From the NCBI GenBank assembly GCA_965212015.1, contig OZ243037.1:320001-384000 (forward strand): 64,000 bases of DNA. Reading direction: 5' to 3'. Below, one piece after another: positions 57,799 to 64,000 of the stretch (positions are counted from its first letter, which is position 1; every line of letters begins with the position of its first letter). The notes below the pieces were generated by a model. It worked only from the letters and a program-made list of their open reading frames with translations. It was not told where the DNA came from and did no database searches. The position numbers and the translations under genes are program-made. This DNA is from Cenarchaeum sp. (GTDB lineage Archaea > Thermoproteota > Nitrososphaeria > Nitrososphaerales > Nitrosopumilaceae).

Positions 57799-58110
57799 TT
57801 GGGACAATGCCTGAAACAGCACATGGGACTGTGGGGCAGGTTTTGGAAATGGTACGAAAACAAGATACTTGGAAGCATTGTAATTATCGCCGTCATACAG
57901 TTCATACAGATACCGCACATGGTGTGGAATGCTGACTTGTACCTGGAGACTGGCGTGATCAGCAGGCTGCATCCGGCACTCGACTGGTTGCTCTACGGGG
58001 TGGACCTTATCGAGACGGTCTCCATAATCAACGTGGGAATGATCATGTTCAGCCTGATTAAAAAAAAGAGGGCCGACGGCCGCAATAAAGTCGCCAAAAA
58101 CCAGGCGTGA
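57799..58110 (+). CDS. Hypothetical membrane protein
   Basis: Two or more TM segments; QIPHMVW motif. Confidence 0.7.
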   Translation: MGQCLKQHMGLWGRFWKWYENKILGSIVIIAVIQFIQIPHMVWNADLYLETGVISRLHPALDWLLYGVDLIETVSIINVGMIMFSLIKKKRADGRNKVAKNQA

Positions 58111-58144
58111 CTCGACTCTGCATTCGCGCCCGCGGCGGACAGAG

Positions 58145-58561
58145 TCAGTCGGCCTCTATCCGGAGTATTCCCTTTTGCAGCGGGTTTTGCAGCAGTCTTA
58201 CCATGCTGCGCGGCATGGCATCAGAGCCCGCATCACACCTTACGGCAAGCGTCCTGGGGCACACAAAGCCGCTTTTGCGCATGACAATGTCGTCGGGATG
58301 GGAGATCTCGAGATCACCGTGTCCCGAGCCGCGGATCACAAATACGTGCCTGCCCACCGTTATCGAAAGCCTTACGTTGGAGCGCGGATCCCTCATCCTG
58401 GCCCTGAGTTCTTTGGGAATGCCGCCACACCCGCAGCTCGCCCTCACGCCTACTATGCAGTCCCCGCCTGGCGTGAGGCGGCTCTCCCTTGTGATCTCCA
58501 CGGTTCTTTGATGGGTGGCCCTTATGTTTTCGTGACCAAAAAACCCTACTTCGAATTTCAC
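58145..58561 (-). CDS. DUF371 family protein
   Basis: GHENIRATHQRTVEITRE..LTPGGDCIVGV, DIVMRKSGF. Confidence 0.88.
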   Translation of the reverse strand: MKFEVGFFGHENIRATHQRTVEITRESRLTPGGDCIVGVRASCGCGGIPKELRARMRDPRSNVRLSITVGRHVFVIRGSGHGDLEISHPDDIVMRKSGFVCPRTLAVRCDAGSDAMPRSMVRLLQNPLQKGILRIEAD

Positions 58562-58615
58562 GTCGCAGCGTTTGGAGCTAGGCTTAAATTATACGTTTCA
58601 AGAATCTTGGATCAC

Positions 58616-59356
58616 ATGCTTCCTGCACAACAAGGTTATGACAGAGCAATCACGGTGTTTTCCCCCGACGGCAGGCTGTACCAGGTCGAATACGCAATAG
58701 AGACAGTCAGGCGCGGGACGATCGCAGTCGGGATAAAGTCCAAAGAAGGCATCGTCATTGCAGTCGAGGAAAAACTTCGCAAGCTGCAAATCTCCGAATC
58801 GGCGCAAAAGATCTTCCAGATAGACGATCACATAGGCGTGGCAGCAGCGGGCTATATCCCCGATGCAAGAAGCCAGGTGGACAATGCCAGGTTCTTTTCA
58901 CAGAGCAACAAGATGATCTACGACGAGCCAGTCGAGATAGAGACAGTCGCAAAGCACCTTGCCGACCAGTGCCAGCAGTTCACCCAGTATGCCGGAGTCA
59001 GGCCGTTTGGCGTGGCGCTTATCCTGGCAGGCGTGGATAACGACAATCAAGGCCAGATATACCTCACAGACCCCAGCGGAACCTACATTTCGTATGACGC
59101 AATCGCCATAGGCTCGGGCTCGGATCAGGTCACCGAGTTCCTAGAAAAGGCGTACAAGCAAGACATGCCGCTAGACGACGCAGCAGTCCTGGCCGCCGCC
59201 GGAATCTACCTGTCAAGCGAGGACAAGGACGGAACCTCGCACATAAAGATGGCGCAGATAAAGACGCAGGCAAGACAGTTTGAGATATTACCAGATGACG
59301 TGGTGGCCGGATTTGCCAGCACTGCAAAACAAAAGTACCCCCCAAGCCACGACTGA
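58616..59356 (+). CDS. psmA: Proteasome alpha subunit
   Basis: YDRAITVFSPDGRLYQVEYA, RPFGVALI, DPSG. Confidence 0.97.
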   Translation: MLPAQQGYDRAITVFSPDGRLYQVEYAIETVRRGTIAVGIKSKEGIVIAVEEKLRKLQISESAQKIFQIDDHIGVAAAGYIPDARSQVDNARFFSQSNKMIYDEPVEIETVAKHLADQCQQFTQYAGVRPFGVALILAGVDNDNQGQIYLTDPSGTYISYDAIAIGSGSDQVTEFLEKAYKQDMPLDDAAVLAAAGIYLSSEDKDGTSHIKMAQIKTQARQFEILPDDVVAGFASTAKQKYPPSHD

Positions 59357-59914
59357 TCCCAAGCCGCAGTGCCATACGGCACTCGTTTTTGCCGCCCCGT
59401 CACAAGCTGCCTGGTTTTTCCGGTTCAAGGTAATCCATACGGTTTGTAGTCCCAAAAAGATCCAAATCACGGCCGCGCCGCCGGCCAGACTGCCGGAATG
59501 GCGACAAACGGCGGGACAGGGGGATTAAACTGGAAGCTCTAGTCGAAAAAAATTCCAGATCCGGCATGCCGTCGCATCCACGTCGTATGACAGTCCGGAT
59601 TCAGAAACGTGCGTGTTCGGAAATGGAGATCCCGGGGATATTGAAAAAGGCGGCTTGTCGAATCGCCGTTCTCTGCGATAGAGAAGCATCCGGCCGGCCA
59701 TGGCGCACAAAAATAACATACTGCACGGGATGGCGCCAAGGATGGCAATATGCAACAGGACGGTGCCGGTCGCATGACGCCATACCTGCATGGGCAGGAT
59801 TGCCCCGACACTGGTAAGAGAAATGGCATGGGCGGGGAATTTGCAAGACAGAGCAGCTTGCCGTCATCATACGAGTCAGGAACATGTCTGCAAAAACCTT
59901 TGTGTTCGTGCCAG

Positions 59915-62900
59915 TCACTGCCGTCCGTCATGTGAAGTGACGTACGCCCCGCCATACACGGAATCACGCAGCTCCTCCATCTGAATAATGTGTGCGTCGC
60001 GCTTTTGGGCAAAGGCGTCGCACGCACGATTGTCCTCGTCGGTACACGCACTCGACATGTCGACTGGCGGCGCATCCACGTACGACCACGTGCCAAACGC
60101 GTTCTTTGTCCACTGGTGTCCCAGCTGGTCGGTCCACACGTCTGCAAGCTTGTCGGTCCGAGTCAGGTGCAGCTTTACTGCGTCGCCCTGGTTTGAGTGC
60201 CTCTCGCTGAGCTCGTGCGTGGGGGGCACGTTTAGCGAGTCGCCAAACACCAGCAGTCCCTCGTTCATATAGTGGGTGGTGCCGCGCCTCTTTGAGTCCA
60301 GCGCGTTTATTGCAAACGGCTCGTCGTACAGCGTCTCGCGGAACAGTACGCCATCTATGTTCAGCCGCACGCACAGGTTGTTTTCGTCTGTAGGCAGGCA
60401 TTTTACGCGCGATATCTCAAATGTGGCGTCCTCGCCTATCACGCGATTCTCGTTTGAATATTCCACAGAGTCTATCATGTACGTGGAGTTTATGGAATAA
60501 TCGCGTATCAGGTTTACGTTAATCTGCGCCTCTGCAGCATTCAGGGGCGAGCCTATTCCGGGCATGCCAAAGCCGATGTTAAACGAGCGCAGGCCGTTTT
60601 GTGCGTACGCCGTTAGCGCAAAGTCGTGAAGCGAGTCAGTCTCTATGGTATTGCGTTTGTAATCGACGTGATAGTCAGTTACGTCGCGGCAGACATTGTC
60701 CATGGAATAGCCGCAGTCCACTATTTTTTGGCCAGTCGTGTACGACTTGCCAAACGTCGGCTTTGTCCTCCACTGCGTGTCGTCATCGCCGCCTGACGAC
60801 GGGCACTCGCCAAAGACGATGGTGTTTGTCATGACTGCCGTGTTGCCGTCAGCATCGGTGCCGGTGGTAGTCATTGTAACCGTATTTCCCGCCAGATCTG
60901 CACAGGTGTGCTCCTCGTTGACCATGACAAAGCTCAGCATCTCATTGACGCCCTCTCCGTCATCGGATACGATGGTGATTAGATCACCACCCGTGTCAAT
61001 TACCGTCATATAGGACACTGCCGTAAAGGTGGCATTGTTTGGAGGGCCCAGCATGGAATGCGCAATCTCGTATCCCCCATCCAGTACATCTGTGGGCCCT
61101 ATCATGATCGTATCGGCGATTCGGATGTAGAGGTTGTTTTCAAATTCCAAAAGGGTTTCGCTGTCTTCTATGCGTACCTCGTATGGAATGACAAAGTCCC
61201 TAGTCGCATTGCCGGAGGAGACAATATCATCCGGAATGGTTCCCGACAGGGCCAGGTTGCCTGGATTCTGATTCGTGATATCCCCCGTACGCAGTCCAAG
61301 GACATTCAGCATGTCACGGGCGTCCTGGTCCAATACGACCGTATAGTCTGCATCTGTCGGCGTTATCGGGAACGGTATTCTTACTGTTTGGCCGGGGGCA
61401 AACGTTTCAGAATGGTTGCCGATTACCGGGGCACTGGTCACAAGGGTAAAGGTGTTTGAGGCCCTTTCAACTACATCGCCTACCACTGCGTCACCGGTCT
61501 CCACGCCGTTGTTATCTATTGCCTGTTCGCCCGGATTCATCGCTATGGATGTTGCCGTGGCGCGCAGCTCTGCTATAAAGGTGGCCGTTTGGGTGCCGAT
61601 AAAGTTCTGGACTGTTTGACCCGCCGTGCCTGTTATAAAAATATCAAGCTCGGGAATGCGGTCAGCATCAGCTACAAGACGGCCGGTATTATGATGCTCG
61701 AATGAATTTCCGGGAATATCATCTGGTTGATCCGCTGGGAAATGGAACGCTTCTTCGTTTGGAGCATCAAATGTGATAAGGTCGCGAATTTCCTGGGCCG
61801 TGACAGTTAAACTAGTACCTACGAGTATATTCCTCGTAATGTCGTCAAACGATATGGAGGGCTGGGTGGCCGATGCAGTCGTCACTTGCAAACTCGAGAG
61901 GTGCGAGCCGTCACACACCAGATAATCGATGGTGGCCGTACCGGTGTTGCCAGTCGTCGTAAAGGTCGCAAGGCCCGTATCGGAATCAATCTCAAGGGTG
62001 TTCGGAGTGATGGCGTTGCCTGCCAGGCCCGCAAAGGAGTACGTCAGGGTGTCCTCGGCATCGGTATCGCTGGTATACAGGGAGAGATCCAGCTGTGTGG
62101 CAGTTCTGGCAAGCTCAATGTTCAGGTTGTTCACGTTTGAGGGAAGGTCGTTGGGCGATCTTGCATTGTTGAATACACTAACGGTATAGTCGCGCGAGAC
62201 ATCATCGGTATTATCGCTATCAAAGCCGTCATCAGATACCGTCACGGTAAACTCTACGCTGCCCTGCGAGAAGCACCTTGCGGGGGTATCCATGCTATCA
62301 AAGAGGGGCGAGTTGTCCTGCGGGACAATACCGGAGAGCTGTCCCGTGGTGGAATCTATGCTCAGCCAGCCCGGATGGTTCGAGAGGCTGTATTCCAGTA
62401 CTGCGCCCGGGTCGTCATCGGATCCCGGAATAGGGGCCAATTCAGAGACGTCGCCATCCTCCGTAAAGCCAAAGTTCAGGTCCCCAAGCTCGGGAAGCGC
62501 CGTGTTTACCGCAAACGCCAGGATGCCATTGCCTGTGCGTTCTGTAACGTATAGGATCCTAGAGTCCGAACCGAACTCCATCTCTGTTAACTGTACGCCG
62601 GCTAGCGGCCGCGTCTCTAAAAGGGTCAGATCACTCACGTCATGGGCGGTGCCAAGCGAATATACAAAGAGATTGCGAAAGCCGTTGACTGCCTGCTCGT
62701 CCAAAACGTACAGTATGGAGCCGTCATCGGTGATTTCAGATCCGGTCGGGCGGCCAACGGTCAGGTCAGAGAATACCGGGGGTTTCGTGATGCTTCCCAG
62801 GAGAAACGGACTGCCTAGCTCGTACCCGAATATGCGGTCGTTTTGGGCGCCTGTCATGTACATGTACCGGCCGTCACTTGAAAAGTCCAGTCCCTCCGGG

Positions 62901-64000
62901 AAACTATCCGGAAGGAAGCCGGTGGCGGGAAAACTGCGGTCGGGGTCGGTGGGGGAGGACGGCATTGCATAGGGGGCATCGAGGATATACTCGTGTATGC
63001 GGTCGTTTTGGGTTCCAATTATAAACATGCGCTGGCCGTTATTTGAGAATTCCACCCCGTTGGGCGAATTATCTGCAGAACCCACAAAGAACTCTGCGGT
63101 GAAATCATCGGACCTGCTCGATACGTCAAAGGCCGTACCGAGGTCATACTGGAGTATGCGATCATTTACGCCGGTCTCGACTACAAACAAGAGCGTGCCG
63201 TTACTGGAAAATGCCAGATCGGTGGGCAGGGAGTAGGTGCCGGAATGCGAGGTTGTGGGCGCATAGTCAATTGATGGCGTAGTAAGTATCAGGTTGACAG
63301 AATAGTCGTTCGATGCCGTATTGCCGACGTTTATTGCGTTCTGGGCCGCACCTGCCGGAATCGATACGGTAATGATGGCGTCGGTGGCCCCGCGAAGCAC
63401 GTCAAAGTCAAACACGGTATTATCATCGGTTCTAAAGTTTGATACCACGTGAACGCCCGTGCTGCTCGATATTATAATATCGGATGCCTCCAGTCCCGAC
63501 ACCGACTCGCTGAATGTGGCGTTAAACGCTGCAATGCCGTCGACTGTGGCATCCTCCGGGGTGACGCTGTCGATTGTTACCGTGGGTATGATGATCTCGG
63601 GAAGGGAGAACCCAAAGACGTTATCAACATCTCCGGAATCGCTACTAGAGCCGAGTGTAAACATGTGCTGGTTGTCACTGGATATGTGCAGGCCATTGAC
63701 GTTTCCGGTCTGGGGGTGAAAGGCAACAGAGTTGTCCACATACGTTACACCGGAGAGGATTGAGAACGGGGCGCCCAGCGCATATTCGTGGAATCTGCCG
63801 GCGAATCCTCCAATGACAAACATGGATGTGCCATCGGAGCGAAATGCCAGATCGTTTGGAAAAGTCAGGTTACGCGGCTCTGCATCGATCAGAACGACAG
63901 AGGCGCCGCTGGAGGATACGTCAGAAAGGGAAAAGGGGACGCCCAGCGCAAACTCGTAGACGCTAATATCGGAAGTAGCGCCGCCAAGGACGAACAGCTT
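59915..64000 (-). CDS. Giant surface protein (beta-propeller repeats, Ig-like and cadherin/He_PIG-like domains, thaumarchaeal C-terminal domain); 5' end outside the window
   Basis: Frame stays open to base 64000 (KLFVLGG...DLAFRSDGTSMFV). Repeated DLAFSSNG..LFV...YxL..P(F/Y)D blades; FNATFSESVSG Ig-like domain; PGWLSIDSTTGQLSG. Confidence 0.88.
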   Translation of the reverse strand, partial: KLFVLGGATSDISVYEFALGVPFSLSDVSSSGASVVLIDAEPRNLTFPNDLAFRSDGTSMFVIGGFAGRFHEYALGAPFSILSGVTYVDNSVAFHPQTGNVNGLHISSDNQHMFTLGSSSDSGDVDNVFGFSLPEIIIPTVTIDSVTPEDATVDGIAAFNATFSESVSGLEASDIIISSSTGVHVVSNFRTDDNTVFDFDVLRGATDAIITVSIPAGAAQNAINVGNTASNDYSVNLILTTPSIDYAPTTSHSGTYSLPTDLAFSSNGTLLFVVETGVNDRILQYDLGTAFDVSSRSDDFTAEFFVGSADNSPNGVEFSNNGQRMFIIGTQNDRIHEYILDAPYAMPSSPTDPDRSFPATGFLPDSFPEGLDFSSDGRYMYMTGAQNDRIFGYELGSPFLLGSITKPPVFSDLTVGRPTGSEITDDGSILYVLDEQAVNGFRNLFVYSLGTAHDVSDLTLLETRPLAGVQLTEMEFGSDSRILYVTERTGNGILAFAVNTALPELGDLNFGFTEDGDVSELAPIPGSDDDPGAVLEYSLSNHPGWLSIDSTTGQLSGIVPQDNSPLFDSMDTPARCFSQGSVEFTVTVSDDGFDSDNTDDVSRDYTVSVFNNARSPNDLPSNVNNLNIELARTATQLDLSLYTSDTDAEDTLTYSFAGLAGNAITPNTLEIDSDTGLATFTTTGNTGTATIDYLVCDGSHLSSLQVTTASATQPSISFDDITRNILVGTSLTVTAQEIRDLITFDAPNEEAFHFPADQPDDIPGNSFEHHNTGRLVADADRIPELDIFITGTAGQTVQNFIGTQTATFIAELRATATSIAMNPGEQAIDNNGVETGDAVVGDVVERASNTFTLVTSAPVIGNHSETFAPGQTVRIPFPITPTDADYTVVLDQDARDMLNVLGLRTGDITNQNPGNLALSGTIPDDIVSSGNATRDFVIPYEVRIEDSETLLEFENNLYIRIADTIMIGPTDVLDGGYEIAHSMLGPPNNATFTAVSYMTVIDTGGDLITIVSDDGEGVNEMLSFVMVNEEHTCADLAGNTVTMTTTGTDADGNTAVMTNTIVFGECPSSGGDDDTQWRTKPTFGKSYTTGQKIVDCGYSMDNVCRDVTDYHVDYKRNTIETDSLHDFALTAYAQNGLRSFNIGFGMPGIGSPLNAAEAQINVNLIRDYSINSTYMIDSVEYSNENRVIGEDATFEISRVKCLPTDENNLCVRLNIDGVLFRETLYDEPFAINALDSKRRGTTHYMNEGLLVFGDSLNVPPTHELSERHSNQGDAVKLHLTRTDKLADVWTDQLGHQWTKNAFGTWSYVDAPPVDMSSACTDEDNRACDAFAQKRDAHIIQMEELRDSVYGGAYVTSHDGRQ

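Noticed and set aside
58175-58615. N-terminal extension of psmA in the ORF track
   Set aside because: It is antisense to the DUF371 gene; the conserved start is MLPAQQGYDR at 58616.

Overview
Chromosomal window of an ammonia-oxidising archaeon (Nitrososphaerota/Thaumarchaeota, Nitrosopumilaceae-like). Relatively high GC, decayed genes and a giant beta-propeller surface protein are compatible with a sponge-associated lineage (inference). Positions 1-17620 are the right-hand part of an element integrated at the 3' end of tRNA-Ser(CGA). Its left module carries an actin/MreB/ParM-fold ATPase, a VirD4/HerA-type ATPase fused to a wHTH plus PD-(D/E)xK-like domain, two AbrB-type proteins, iteron/hairpin repeats, a perfect 14.7 x 19-bp tandem array and a very basic protein built from 21 RPEVK helical repeats. 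Its right module is an AT-rich, co-oriented putative defence operon: an apparently inactivated PmeII/EcoO109I-like REase, an m4C MTase, an Mrr-like/KOW/SWIM/Zn-ribbon protein, two tandem ParB-like paralogues, an SNF2 helicase and a DUF3883 nuclease, with a small HNH nearby. The remainder is core genome: a PHA cluster (hydrolase, AbrB/PhaR-like, phasin-like, phaC, phaE), purK, threonine dehydratase, class III cyclase, amoB/amoC/amoX/amoA, a Dam-like MTase, five further tRNAs (tRNA-Leu(TAA) has two introns), coaD, trpS, pheS/pheT, csp, DEAD-box helicase, pdaD, pepF and psmA. It also holds a hicB gene with a dead hicA, an IS481-like remnant, two candidate H/ACA + C/D guide RNA loci and several small genes missed by the ORF track. 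All calls are from motif reading by eye; no searches were run.
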